A stretch of 64,000 nucleotides of DNA from a virus, in IMG/VR virus record IMGVR_UViG_3300020536_000010, positions 1 through 64,000 of that record, one strand, 5' to 3'. The notes below the pieces were generated by a model that ran no database searches, was not told where the DNA came from, and saw nothing but the letters and a program-made list of their open reading frames with translations. A program made the translations under genes and the position numbers. Shown piece by piece: positions 47,001-56,753 of this stretch; the stretch's first letter is position 1; each line of letters begins with the position of its first letter.

Positions 47001-49999
47001 ATTCTAAAATTATAGAAAGAGATAATGCCCTTGTAAAGCTTAAAGGGAAAAATGATGAAATTTATAATAATTTAATAAAACAAGCCAAACAATTAGGCCC
47101 AGAAAATTTTCAAGCAACATTTGAGCAAGCTTTAGATTATAGAGCAGAAAATGCTCCACAAATAGTTAAAGATCAACTTGAAATTGCAAAGTCAGCACTA
47201 AAGGGGATGGAAGACAGTGATTTTAAAATTAGCTTACAGCTTGGGCTATTGTCTGAAGAATTTGATGCAACCACAGTTACTAATTTAATTAATTTAAATA
47301 AAGAGTCCAATGGAGAGATTGAGAAAAGCTTTAAGTTACTTGTAAGAGCAGAAGGAACTGCAAAAGCCAACCAGCTTATGCAAATTTTAAGCTCCTCCAA
47401 CCTAACAGCAACAGAGGTTGATGTAATAATGAATTATACAATGTCTAATAAACAAGATTTTGATACTGATTTAGAAGCTATTTCTCAGATTGTCGGAATG
47501 GCTGGAGAGTATGGTCTTGTTGTTAAGCCAACAGTAGAAAACATAGAAGAAGTCGGAAAATTTATTAAGGAAACAGAGAATTTAGATACTGGTAAGCCAA
47601 TTACAAGAAAAATACTTACTCAGTATCTAAAAGAGGGTGAGGGGGCAGACGGAAAGCCACTTAGTGCAAAGGCAATAGAAGAGCTTCAATATATGTTGGA
47701 TAATTGGGATGTTCTTACAAATGGAACGAATAAGCTTAATTATCAGGTCATGGTCGATTTCTTAATTGGAAATGCTAGCGATGCTGCAATTCAAGCTTTT
47801 TATTTAGCAAATAATCCAAAAGAATACGCTAAATTTATGGAGGGTGGACCACTTATTAATACCCCAGATGGTCCAGTAGGGTTTATAGATGAAGATGAAA
47901 GAGCAAAGATGCGAGCCTATTTCTTTGGACAGGGCAGCGGCGGCGATAATGATGACCCAGGTGAGGGAACACCCCCTGGTGGAGACACAGGAACCCCAGA
48001 AAATGTGCTAAAGCAATATGCAGATAGGTTAAAACGTATTCGCAATGCAGCAATTGATACCACAGGAACTGTGGATGAATTAATTAAAAGATTTAATATT
48101 TTAATGAAGCCTGGCTCAGCAACATCTACACTTTTCCGTGGCACTGACCAAAAACTATTATTTGCTGGATATAGCAAACAATTTATTGATGCTGTAATGT
48201 CAATGGATGAGGCAACAAGGTCTAAATTTGTATCTATTAAAAATGGAATCATAAAGGTTACTCAAGCAGGAAAAGACCTTAATGCTGCCATGTCTGAAAT
48301 AACACTTGGTGATGCTCAATTTAATATTGCTTCTGGCGTAGCAGACGTTAGAATGCAAATGCGAGCAATGGAAATATTAACCAAAGACTATGGAATGTCG
48401 GCTAAAGAAGCTTTTGAAATGGCCAAAGATGCATCTCTTGCATATGCAATAGTTACCAGAGGAACATCTGGTGAAATTCAAGATTTAATTAAGTGGACTG
48501 AAACACTTAGGCAAGAAAATGAAAAATTTGCAAGGTCTACCCCAGAAGGAATGCAGGCATTCTTAAGGGGTGAGCTAGATAAGGTTTTAGGGGCATTAGA
48601 TCTTGCAGATCAATATTTCCAAGCTCAAGAGCAGGCTGTAGAAAGAGACTTCCAAGACAAGATTGACCCAATTGCAAAATTAATTCGTGCAGCAGAACAA
48701 GACATAGTTAATTATCAAGACAAGATTGACGATCTTAACTATCAGCTAACATTAATTGAAGATCAAGAAAGCAAAATTAATGATGAATATGATAGAAAGT
48801 TAGAAGCTTTAGATAAAATTGAGCGAGCTAATGACTCTATTGCTGCACAGCAAAAGTCTCAGTTAGCATTAGCAGATGCACTTAGCCAGGGAGATATTTC
48901 AGCAGCAGCACGGGCAGTTCAAGAGATTAGATCCCAGGCAGCATCTGACAGTATTCAGTCACAAAGGAATCTTCTTGAAGAAGATAGACAAAGAAGGCTT
49001 GATGCGTTAGCGGTATCACTTAATGGAAAACTTCTCACTAGAAAACAGATTGAGGAAGAAATAAAGACATTGCAGTTCGAAATTGCTAAGATTGAAGAAC
49101 AAAGGCTTGAGCCAAATCAAAAGCTTGTAAGAGAATATGAAATACAAAGAGATCTTGCTTTGGAAGCAATTGGTGAAAATGGATACCTTGGAAAGACAAA
49201 AGCTGAGTGGGACAAAATTGCAATAGCTGCAAATAAGGCTACTGTTGAGTCAAAGGCATTTAATGATTCTGTTGTTGCAATTCTGTCATCAATAAAGGGA
49301 TTTACTTTTGGTCCAGATGGCAAGCTGCTACCATTTAATATAGAAGAATTTAAACAAGGTCTAACCCCACCAGAAAGCCCTAGCAGCGAAGAGCCAAATA
49401 CAAATGAAAATCCTGAAGATAGCATATACACTGGCCCATCACGAGAAGAGCTTCGTAAACAACTTGACGCACTTTATATAAAAATTAAAAATGCCGAGGC
49501 CTACATAGCTAAAATGAAAAAAGCTGGAAAACGTTTAGAAGCTGCAAATGCAACAGATAAATTAAATCAATATCTTGCTGAAGAGAAAGCACTGAGGGCA
49601 CAATTTAATGCAGCTCCTATGGGTGGTTCTGGTGGAGGTGGTGGTGGTCCAGCCCAAATGATGATGGCTAAAGGTGGTATGGTTCCAAAATATCTAAGAA
49701 TGGGAGGTCTATTACCATATAAAGCTGAGGGTGGTTCAATATTTAAGCCATTGGGAACAGACACTATTCCAGCAATGCTTACTCCTGGAGAATTTGTAGT
49801 TCGTAAATATGCCGTAGATAAATTTGGCGTAGATAGGCTAAAGGCCATAAATAGTGGCACATACAAGGGTGACTCAGTGTATAATTATGAGGTAAGTGTT
49901 AATGTCCAAACTGACGCAAACCCTGATCAAATTGCCAGGGCAGTTATTGGACAAATAAGACAGATTGAGTCCCAAAGAATTAGGGGGAATAGGTTCTAA
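41012..49999 (+). CDS. tape measure protein with inserted cargo domains
   Basis: 2995 aa; TP901-type core (AGPVVKQLGG..ANALKSGL); helical and TM segments; 3x PAML(S/T)PGE motif. Confidence 0.9.
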   Translation: MADDIRSDIRIGVDTSQAIAEIKQLQRQISQLNTQLIKSGAQQAQSAQNIQRDLIKNINSTGKFAANVRTISTTAESFTTALERNKLSMGEYFRYAGASTKTFGRLFKNEFATIEKVARERVKTLQTQYIKLGRDANGAMKAISVRPLALDMESLATKTALAAQRQQLFNQLLKQGSTNLLNFGKNTQWAGRQLMVGFSIPLAYMGAAAAREFRKIEEQAIRFKRVYGDAFSTQAETDKALENMKQLADEFTKYGIEVNKTLELAADVAQMGLKGADLRAQVTEATRLAVLGEVEQQEAMAATISVTNAFGTAAEDLAEKINFLNAVENETVTAIQDLTIAIPKAGPVVKQLGGDVEDLAFFLTAMKEGGINASEGANALKSGLASLINPTDKAAAMLQGFGINLRQIVEVNKGNVTGIVIDFAKALDTLDPLSRARAIEQLFGKFQFSRLSTLFQNVVKEGTQASKVLALASKDAGELAIIAERELKRVEESPLFKFQKQLEKFQAALAPLGEQFLKAITPLLEFGTDVLKNFNNMSEGAKQFAVIAATVVAGIGPVFLMMFGLIANGAANIIKLFANLARIFTGVGKNSKDLGISTEYMTQQQLEAAAVAASLNQTHSKLIQTFTSEAAAIDKLAISYGKAILQQSRLLGVDPVTGVPLGAGPKARPPKKLARGIVSVPGPKGAGDVVPAMLSPGEAVIPTKQSQKYAGLIQGMIDDNIPGYSVGRNPFAGLLRKNQNNPIGTVLNFILGRGKSLTEYEGMAARRFLRSRPNIAVRMPMDKFSELASTPGQRYKSLFETGFSKAGDTTAKRAQAEAKIFGLPENIDPSMRPVYGYLYKKERGLYDPRLPLRTRLANKLFGRAGSSTRGSELRHIFGSTGSLMNPKTFNYGNIAMLLNKRKVGKRTTFTFGDSYQSRNNEYATPAPFGTLSARKIKGAYTSKDKDFFEAQIMGGFTLKDVRRIVATEPALIPQIQRILQANGLKIPVGMPRFSMMQRLQKLVYGKKMYEERLPFTAKYGPKAGKYTMPPVKIGNRRVWLNNSSSDGLVGTAVKDQTQSKARRDPPLYFDKSTYLTAAHMEQAGVLGQNRQDFERTMRMHLADMRRTGFISQAEERQAQSKLVNLLDTYQTKQKAEVFASYRDKVEFLPKTLNPEFDTTKIPIKEYMKDFSRMPKGLIGSGILTRIPDDANIPNKVLRRYILTYRKSVLSSIKAQMNAGATELTNESMYPAFQAAERKAEMSIKDPGMRRLIQRINMESNFPMTIGYNKAGGSGYSRGSSILKEKSYQKLLQKLRERGDSRLEAIFPGILDKVDKYYVSQSNIQVPRDMKGQIQQYIANMPGGRNQRIATLNQLIEDLRGLTPSQKRDVLNRFISGPVPDIKPKTSLPYPVKTPVERKKVSPKNSFTNIDDITSQAFLRRKGFSVGSLTRMLLPLIGLAGIAQLFGSSGVLKAANGVFSVPGPKGAGDIVPAMLSPGESVIPARQSAKYAPLVQAMINDSVPGYNDGLPPSVAAKMGFRTPADVNIANSQELAKQTAKAGVSENLKKAGAFVSKVAKSTGQRAIAAANNSPVLAAWAAKTFGNDIATTGGRTFEAGTGAEIRTDKRGIQYGYIPGQGRVSVETARTAQANVNQAAAPRMPGAGAGMGLSVLGMGAMAYGMSGQPGSQIAGALSMPLMLAPMLLPMLANPIGKVIAVLALFAGAMFFLQEQLKNARKEGIKTAEAMTMTAEKLQKISEFSGKVTASELAERKREDQLTGQGSIKRQFGQTFLESDIGKQMLADVSNMPGNRASNIANQLSYAVLQGALSQQQAASIGAALSTELKDFSITTKVTGQLAALFGPNGQNLLKDPLEIAIAIQEQSGREQEKSYENAIQKIEDNAAIHGGTIGNLIGGGIMTAAGAVMVATGFLAPLGLAISAAGIGTMVASGINEGVADGIENAKAAAIAIIAGTEQIRQNQGLLDSVESRYNTQIDELEAKKESAKTDKERLEIEDKINSKIIERDNALVKLKGKNDEIYNNLIKQAKQLGPENFQATFEQALDYRAENAPQIVKDQLEIAKSALKGMEDSDFKISLQLGLLSEEFDATTVTNLINLNKESNGEIEKSFKLLVRAEGTAKANQLMQILSSSNLTATEVDVIMNYTMSNKQDFDTDLEAISQIVGMAGEYGLVVKPTVENIEEVGKFIKETENLDTGKPITRKILTQYLKEGEGADGKPLSAKAIEELQYMLDNWDVLTNGTNKLNYQVMVDFLIGNASDAAIQAFYLANNPKEYAKFMEGGPLINTPDGPVGFIDEDERAKMRAYFFGQGSGGDNDDPGEGTPPGGDTGTPENVLKQYADRLKRIRNAAIDTTGTVDELIKRFNILMKPGSATSTLFRGTDQKLLFAGYSKQFIDAVMSMDEATRSKFVSIKNGIIKVTQAGKDLNAAMSEITLGDAQFNIASGVADVRMQMRAMEILTKDYGMSAKEAFEMAKDASLAYAIVTRGTSGEIQDLIKWTETLRQENEKFARSTPEGMQAFLRGELDKVLGALDLADQYFQAQEQAVERDFQDKIDPIAKLIRAAEQDIVNYQDKIDDLNYQLTLIEDQESKINDEYDRKLEALDKIERANDSIAAQQKSQLALADALSQGDISAAARAVQEIRSQAASDSIQSQRNLLEEDRQRRLDALAVSLNGKLLTRKQIEEEIKTLQFEIAKIEEQRLEPNQKLVREYEIQRDLALEAIGENGYLGKTKAEWDKIAIAANKATVESKAFNDSVVAILSSIKGFTFGPDGKLLPFNIEEFKQGLTPPESPSSEEPNTNENPEDSIYTGPSREELRKQLDALYIKIKNAEAYIAKMKKAGKRLEAANATDKLNQYLAEEKALRAQFNAAPMGGSGGGGGGPAQMMMAKGGMVPKYLRMGGLLPYKAEGGSIFKPLGTDTIPAMLTPGEFVVRKYAVDKFGVDRLKAINSGTYKGDSVYNYEVSVNVQTDANPDQIARAVIGQIRQIESQRIRGNRF
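43022..43192 (+). repeat. tape-measure PAMLSPGE module copy 1
   Basis: GIVSVPGPKGAGDVVPAMLSPGEAVIP...KYA.L.Q.MI.D..PGY. Confidence 0.85.
45365..45532 (+). repeat. tape-measure PAMLSPGE module copy 2
   Basis: GVFSVPGPKGAGDIVPAMLSPGESVIP...KYA.L.Q.MI.D..PGY. Confidence 0.85.
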
Positions 50000-50640
50000 T
50001 GGCTACATCAGCATATATGGCAGGTCGTAAAAAATATCAGCGACCACAGGCTATGCTTTGGTCCAACAACTCTGGAACCCTTTCAAATGGCTTTTATATA
50101 CCCAATGGATTAGAAATTGGATCAGATCCAGGAGCTGTTACAGATGAATCATTATTGGATGAGTTTTTAATTTTATCTGATGATAATAGAAGGCCAATTG
50201 AGTTTAGCCCAACTAGAATCGAAAATCGTAGAAGAATGGTTAATGGTCGTATGAGATCGTATCACATTGCAGATAAGCTAACTATTTCTACATCCTGGGA
50301 TATGCTTCCATCTAGATCTTATAAGTTAAGGCCAGACTTTGTTCAGGCAACTGGAAAATCAGAATATTATAATGATAGAGATTTTGAGTATACTACTGAT
50401 GGCGGAGCTGGCGGAGTAGACTTAGTAAATTGGTATGAAAATCATAAAGGATCATTCTGGGTATTTCTTGCTTATGATAAGTATTCTGTTTTTGGAGATG
50501 ATGATGCAGCCTACGCTCATCTAGGAAAATACAATCAGTTAATAGAAATGTTTATATCTGACTTTTCCTATAGTGTTGTTAAGCGTGGTGGCACAACACA
50601 TGACTTTTGGAATATTTCGGTAACGCTGGAAGAGGTTTAA
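49999..50640 (+). CDS. distal tail-like protein
   Basis: Directly after tape measure; RRMVNGRMRSY, WNISVTLEEV. Confidence 0.65.
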   Translation: MATSAYMAGRKKYQRPQAMLWSNNSGTLSNGFYIPNGLEIGSDPGAVTDESLLDEFLILSDDNRRPIEFSPTRIENRRRMVNGRMRSYHIADKLTISTSWDMLPSRSYKLRPDFVQATGKSEYYNDRDFEYTTDGGAGGVDLVNWYENHKGSFWVFLAYDKYSVFGDDDAAYAHLGKYNQLIEMFISDFSYSVVKRGGTTHDFWNISVTLEEV

Positions 50641-53600
50641 ATGTTTCAAAATGAAGAACTTTTAGACCATCTACAAACATCTTCTGTAATTAGAACCAAT
50701 TCTGCAGTCATTGCTGAATGGAATATGAACATTGCAGAAAATATTTTAAAGATTGGTAATTATAGATACCGCCCATCAGAGGGGCCGTCTACAAAGTACG
50801 GACTTCCAGTGTCTGCATTTGATGAAATTGATAACGGTAATTTTTATACTAATGCCACTGACGCTGATGTAGTTATTGATGGTGGGTTAGATGATGAAGG
50901 TATACCACTAACGTTTACGTCTAAAAAACAAAAAGAAAAACTATTATATTCTTTAGAAGATTGTTTTGGAAAATTTAGACCAAGATCTGGAATAAATAAG
51001 CTTAGATATTTCAAAGATAGTTTTAGTCATTTTACAAATATTAATATGATTAGACGACCTAGATATTATATGGCACACAAAGATGATTCATTTAAATACT
51101 GGTCCTCATACAGGACGGAAGATGGCATTGAGCGTGGAATAGCAAATAAATTAATTAATGGACAACACTTTATTGATGACGCATCACCATTTGTTGTATA
51201 TAAGAATATTGTGCCATCCAATAGAATTATTGTAAAAATGCAAACAAATGTTGGAGAGATTGATCTTGGACCTTTTGTTAATAATGCTGGCTCATTTTCA
51301 GATCCATTTTATGGAAATCAGAATCAAACTACTCCAGTAAAATGGAAAGTCCAAATATTAAAAAATAATAATTGGACAGATATAATTTCATTTAATTCTG
51401 CATCAGCAAGAAGAGATGGTAGTCCAATTATAGGGCCAGATGGCTATGTAGAACTTTCTTATGGTCTTAAGATTCCAGAACGATACCGTGATATTTTTAT
51501 TAAAGCAGAAGAATACACAACAGATACTTTCTTGCCAGAACAATCAGTTAATGGCTATGCCTACTTAGTTAAAGAGCAAGAGTCTGATCTTGGAACATAT
51601 CATATATGGATAAATGAATTTAACGGATATCAAACATTTACTCCAGAATACGGATGGTATTTAGAAGAGTCTCAGGTAGATAGGCTTACAAACTTTGTAA
51701 CAGACTTAACTGCCCCAGTTTCATATCAGGACACTACTACTGGACAAACAAAATATAGAGAATTTGAAGAGATTTCTGGCATTAGGATAGTCATTGATAC
51801 GATGAATAAAGTAGACTCAACGTTTGATCTTATTGAGCTGTCACCTAGACTAGTCGTAGACATATCAGAAAAGGTTGAATCCTTTAGTTTAACAAAATCT
51901 GCATCTGACCTAGGCAACAGCGGAATGCCAGTTGGTCAACTATTGGCTGGTGTTGGAACTATAGAGCTATTTGACTATGACTTAGCATTTAGCTCAACAA
52001 ACACAAATAGTATAATTAAAAATTATTTAACAAAAAATATTCAGTTTAAGCTTTATGAAATAGTTATTGATGTTAATGGATCTGATTATTATATTCCAAT
52101 TAAAACAATGTATTCTGAGGGATTTCCAGAAATAAATACAAATGATAGGTCTGTTTCTCTTAGCCTTAGAGACCTTTTCTTTTATTTTGAGTCAAAAACT
52201 GCACCACAAATACTTGTACAAGAAGCATCATTAAGCTATACCGTATCAATGCTGCTTGACTCAATAGGCTTTTCTAATTATTTATTTAAACGAATAGATA
52301 ATGAGTCAGAGCCAATTATTCCATACTTTTTTATTGCACCAGATAAAACAGTTGCACAGGTTCTAAATGAAATTGCTATATCTACTCAAAGTGCCATGTT
52401 TTTTGATGAGTACAACAATTTGGTTGTAATGACAAAAGAATACATCTTGCCATCAAATGATGAAAGAGATGTGGATATTGTTCTTTATGGAACTAAAGAT
52501 TTTGAGGCAGAAGGACAAATTTCTAACAAAACCACAAATGCAAAGCTTGCAAATATTGTAGAAATTGCTAGTCAAAAAGATGATGTTTTTAATGATGGGA
52601 AAATAACTTATTCTACAAGATATATTCAAAGATCTGTTGGGTCAATCAGACAAGCAAGTATGATTGACCAAGACAAAGTTTGGATTTATAAGCCAGCTTT
52701 GCTTTGGGAGGTGGCAGGAACCGAAAATACTAAATCACAAAATGACGTACTTGGAAATCAGTCAAGTTATGCATTGTCTGCAATACCACTTAAATCAGAT
52801 TTGCTAGAGACTCCACCAACTGTAGTTAATGGAATTATACAAAATAATACTATGGATTTTGGTGAAAGTGTTTATTGGATGACAAGGTATAATGGATATT
52901 TTTATGCTAATGGAGAAGTTATCAAATATGATGCCATTGAATTTGAAATTCCTGGAGTACAAAAAAGAGTTGTTCAAACAAATAATAATGGAGATTTATC
53001 TTTAAATATTGTAACTTCTGGAGGCATTGGCAAGGTATGGATTACAAGCGTAAGAGAGTATCAAAAATATTTTGCACAATTACCATTTAATGGGAAAATG
53101 TATCCAACAGGAAGAGTCAGAATATATTCTGAACCAAATTATAGAACTATCAATGGACAAACTACCCTTGCAAATGGTGCCGTAGCAAAACACGGTAGAG
53201 GTCAATTTGGAACGCCAATTGTTAGTCATTATGCTGGTCTATCTTCTTATTGGACATCAAATTCAAATGTTCGTGGCTGCACTATGAAAAGCTCACAGCT
53301 ATTTGGAACAGCAATTGAAACTTCTATCTCTGTTGGTGCAGCAGGAATTAATAACGCACTGGCCCAAACATCTTCTAGAACTGGCATTATTAAAAACTTG
53401 CTAACATATACTCCGTCATATGAAAATATTTCTAAAAATATTATTGCCCCAGGAACAGTCCAGTCTTCTGCCTTAGTATTTACTGGGCCATCGTTTACAA
53501 CCACTGAAACCCCTATAGATTTTATATCATATGTTTATAAACCACTTAATACATTACAAAATAAATTTAAACATTTTGGATCTAGAATTCGTCTTATTGG

Positions 53601-55011
53601 AAAAGTTGAAAATAACGAAAACAGTAGTCAAAGTCCAATTGGGGCATCTTCTTATTATTTGGGGCAAACAAATAATCCAAACCAGCCAGCAATAATTTCT
53701 GGTGCCTCTGGCGGAATTGGCGTACTTATGAATCCAGAAACAAACAATGGCTATTATCTTGAAATAGTTGCATTAGCTGAAGACGGCGTTCTAGACTCCT
53801 ATGAAAATTCTGCCGATTTACATAACATATTATTCTATAAAATTGGTAAGCCTAGTATTGGCGAGACATCCAAGGCAGTCCCCATTAAGCTTTGGGGTGG
53901 AACTGCACAAATTTTAATAGATAATGGTCAGTTTGTTGGACAATATAGGATGGCAAATGAAAAAAATCCAACAGTGTACGATCTTGCAGTAGAGTATGAG
54001 GATATTGGCACAACTAGAAAATTTTTCTTGTATATAAATAATAGGCTTATTGCAACAGTAATAGACAGCCAGCCATTACCAATATATAACAATATGTGTT
54101 TATTTGTTCGTGGCGGTGCCAGGGCAATGTTTGAAAACATTTATGCAATAACAAATAACTATTCTCAAAATACTTCATATGCATTAAGCACTCCAGTAAG
54201 TGCTGTGTTTTCTTCAGATGAAATAGACATAGATGAGGCATTTAGAAAATATGCTTTAAGTGGTGTAATACAGGCTAGTTATTTGTCAAGCATTAGCCCA
54301 TCAGAACCCCCCAAATATAACATGTATTATGAAGAATTTGGAACCATAATGAGAGAAGCAGCTTACTTTAACATCAGGTATGATAAAGCATATCCAGCAT
54401 TATATGCCAAGCTATCTCCAACATTTAATAAATTAAAAGGCTATACCACTTCTGGATTTTTAGCAAGTTCCTACGGTGCAGAATTTATGATTTTCAATGC
54501 AACGGACACAGTTCTGAGTCTTGATGAAACAAGTGGAAACTATTTAAGAATTCAGGGTGTAACATTTACGCAAGAATCTCCACACGATTTAACAGTGGAT
54601 GAATATTTTGATAAAAAGAGTGACCACTCAAATCCACAATTTTCTGGGCAACAGTTAGTCTCCTATCCAGGAAAGGCAAAACAAGAATATCAGGATATCA
54701 AAATTAGTAGGCTGACGCACGGAAGAAAAGAGTTTACACTTGACACGCCATATATTCAATCACATGATGATGCTGAAAATCTCATGGGCTGGATGATATC
54801 AAAAATTATGAAACCGAGAAAATCTATTGGCGTAAACCTGTTTGGCTTGCCAATTTTGCAACTTGGTGATATAGTTAGTATTAACTATAAAGACAGTGAT
54901 AATGTAGATATTGTCGCACCAGAAGATTCCAGGTTTGTTGTTTATCAAATAGAATACTCTGCAAATCCAGATGGACCAGAAATGACTGCGTTTTTAAGTG
55001 AGGTGAAATAA
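50641..55011 (+). CDS. large tail-tip / baseplate hub protein
   Basis: AMFFDEYNNL, LQLGDIV hub-type motifs; synteny. Confidence 0.7.
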   Translation: MFQNEELLDHLQTSSVIRTNSAVIAEWNMNIAENILKIGNYRYRPSEGPSTKYGLPVSAFDEIDNGNFYTNATDADVVIDGGLDDEGIPLTFTSKKQKEKLLYSLEDCFGKFRPRSGINKLRYFKDSFSHFTNINMIRRPRYYMAHKDDSFKYWSSYRTEDGIERGIANKLINGQHFIDDASPFVVYKNIVPSNRIIVKMQTNVGEIDLGPFVNNAGSFSDPFYGNQNQTTPVKWKVQILKNNNWTDIISFNSASARRDGSPIIGPDGYVELSYGLKIPERYRDIFIKAEEYTTDTFLPEQSVNGYAYLVKEQESDLGTYHIWINEFNGYQTFTPEYGWYLEESQVDRLTNFVTDLTAPVSYQDTTTGQTKYREFEEISGIRIVIDTMNKVDSTFDLIELSPRLVVDISEKVESFSLTKSASDLGNSGMPVGQLLAGVGTIELFDYDLAFSSTNTNSIIKNYLTKNIQFKLYEIVIDVNGSDYYIPIKTMYSEGFPEINTNDRSVSLSLRDLFFYFESKTAPQILVQEASLSYTVSMLLDSIGFSNYLFKRIDNESEPIIPYFFIAPDKTVAQVLNEIAISTQSAMFFDEYNNLVVMTKEYILPSNDERDVDIVLYGTKDFEAEGQISNKTTNAKLANIVEIASQKDDVFNDGKITYSTRYIQRSVGSIRQASMIDQDKVWIYKPALLWEVAGTENTKSQNDVLGNQSSYALSAIPLKSDLLETPPTVVNGIIQNNTMDFGESVYWMTRYNGYFYANGEVIKYDAIEFEIPGVQKRVVQTNNNGDLSLNIVTSGGIGKVWITSVREYQKYFAQLPFNGKMYPTGRVRIYSEPNYRTINGQTTLANGAVAKHGRGQFGTPIVSHYAGLSSYWTSNSNVRGCTMKSSQLFGTAIETSISVGAAGINNALAQTSSRTGIIKNLLTYTPSYENISKNIIAPGTVQSSALVFTGPSFTTTETPIDFISYVYKPLNTLQNKFKHFGSRIRLIGKVENNENSSQSPIGASSYYLGQTNNPNQPAIISGASGGIGVLMNPETNNGYYLEIVALAEDGVLDSYENSADLHNILFYKIGKPSIGETSKAVPIKLWGGTAQILIDNGQFVGQYRMANEKNPTVYDLAVEYEDIGTTRKFFLYINNRLIATVIDSQPLPIYNNMCLFVRGGARAMFENIYAITNNYSQNTSYALSTPVSAVFSSDEIDIDEAFRKYALSGVIQASYLSSISPSEPPKYNMYYEEFGTIMREAAYFNIRYDKAYPALYAKLSPTFNKLKGYTTSGFLASSYGAEFMIFNATDTVLSLDETSGNYLRIQGVTFTQESPHDLTVDEYFDKKSDHSNPQFSGQQLVSYPGKAKQEYQDIKISRLTHGRKEFTLDTPYIQSHDDAENLMGWMISKIMKPRKSIGVNLFGLPILQLGDIVSINYKDSDNVDIVAPEDSRFVVYQIEYSANPDGPEMTAFLSEVK

Positions 55012-55559
55012 TGGATGCACTGCCCATGTCAACTAGCAATGAGGCATACAATAATTTAAATGCTAGACTATCACAATTGGAGTCCCAGGTTTCCTCTGTC
55101 AAAATTGCTACACAGGAATTAATAGATATTGTTGATGATGCAATTCCAGCAGACCAAAAAATAGAAGCAATGACTAACCTATTATTTGAAGATATAGGTG
55201 GTCAAGAAATAATTAGTATTATTAGAAATGATATTGTTAATGGTCAGAATGTTACATATCAGCCAATTACAAATATTACAAGTCTTTATTATCAGTATAA
55301 TCCACAAAACATTTTAGCAGTACAAAAAACAGATAGGGATTACTTTAAAAATTTCCCAATTATTTTATACAGCAAGGTTCCAGAATGCGGAAGCGGCTTT
55401 GATATTGACGGTAATCAGCAGGTGCCAAACTGTGATTATATCTACATACATCCAACAAGCGGGGATCTTGTAATAGATTTAATTAATATGAGGCTAGAAG
55501 AAGAGGTAGAGGTTCAGATTATTTCTAAACTAAGCGACCTACATGATACAATATACTGA
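55011..55559 (+). CDS. minor tail protein
   Basis: Coupled ORF in tail-tip cluster. Confidence 0.55.
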   Translation: MDALPMSTSNEAYNNLNARLSQLESQVSSVKIATQELIDIVDDAIPADQKIEAMTNLLFEDIGGQEIISIIRNDIVNGQNVTYQPITNITSLYYQYNPQNILAVQKTDRDYFKNFPIILYSKVPECGSGFDIDGNQQVPNCDYIYIHPTSGDLVIDLINMRLEEEVEVQIISKLSDLHDTIY

Positions 55560-55568
55560 GGAAAAATA

Positions 55569-56753
55569 ATGATTACAAATACTGGAAAGGGCATTTTAGC
55601 TAAATACTTGATTGGTCAAGCACCAGCATATGCTTCATATATTGCTGTGGGCTGTGGCCCCTCTGCTTTAGAAGATGACACCCCTGGTTTTACCACAGAG
55701 CAAAAAGAAGAATATGCTGAAAAAAATGCACTAGACTTTGAAATGTTTCGTGTGCCAATTATTTCTAAGGGGTATGTTAATGAAAACAATCTTACAAAGC
55801 TGGTACTAACAGCAGAGTTGCCAACAGAAGAAAGATATGAAATAACAGAAGTTGGAATATTTTCAGCAGAATCCAACCCATCAGCGGGTGCGTTTGACAG
55901 CAAAAACTTTTATTTATTTAATCAGACAGAGGGCTGGGAGCACCACACACAATCTTTGATTAAAGAAATTCCAACTATATATACGCCATTAGATGAAAAC
56001 GATATTATTCTTGGAGAATATATTGTTAATGGAACACTACAAGAAACTCCAGTATTTCATACTAACGCAGATAATAGAACATTTACAAATGAAGAAAGAG
56101 TTCTTAGAAATGAAAGATGTAGATTTTTAAATAATATGCTAATGGTTGTTGGAGATGATGCTTCTTTAACTACTGATTCAATACAGCAATTGTCTGTTGT
56201 TGCTGGTAGCAATCATATACATAAAACTGGAACATCTTTAACATTTAATAGAAATGCCCCAACAGATCGGCTCAAACTTGCATTTTCTTTAATAAATAAA
56301 AATGGAGAATCTTCGACAGTACCAGACAATGTAAAAATTTTAATTCAGTTTTCTTCTTCAGATACATCTTCTACTGGTGAATATGCAAACTTTACTGTCA
56401 ATATTGACCACACTGGGTTTACAGCTGGCACTGCACCACAAGAAGCAAACTTTACAACACAAAGATATTTTGTTGTTTCAAAACAATTACAGGAGCTATA
56501 TTATACCTCAGCATTTAACTGGGAAAGTGTGACAGTTGCCAAAATATTTGTTGAGGTAGAAAAAAACGGAGCACCATCTTCCGATTACTATGTGGCTCTA
56601 GATGCAATGAGATTGGAAAATTTAACAACAACAAATCCTTTATATGGTCTTACTGGGTATTCAGTGCTAAAAACAGATGGGGCATTGCCAATTGTTAAGC
56701 TAGCTAATACTGCAAATTATATAGAATTTAGAATAGCCATTGGAGTGGAATAA
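55569..56753 (+). CDS. baseplate / minor tail protein
   Basis: MITNTGK..LAKYL..YIAVG..ITEVGIF. Confidence 0.65.
   Translation: MITNTGKGILAKYLIGQAPAYASYIAVGCGPSALEDDTPGFTTEQKEEYAEKNALDFEMFRVPIISKGYVNENNLTKLVLTAELPTEERYEITEVGIFSAESNPSAGAFDSKNFYLFNQTEGWEHHTQSLIKEIPTIYTPLDENDIILGEYIVNGTLQETPVFHTNADNRTFTNEERVLRNERCRFLNNMLMVVGDDASLTTDSIQQLSVVAGSNHIHKTGTSLTFNRNAPTDRLKLAFSLINKNGESSTVPDNVKILIQFSSSDTSSTGEYANFTVNIDHTGFTAGTAPQEANFTTQRYFVVSKQLQELYYTSAFNWESVTVAKIFVEVEKNGAPSSDYYVALDAMRLENLTTTNPLYGLTGYSVLKTDGALPIVKLANTANYIEFRIAIGVE

Noticed and set aside
14583-55903. Many minus-strand ORFs inside structural genes
   Set aside because: Antisense shadows of biased codon usage, fully overlapping well-supported genes
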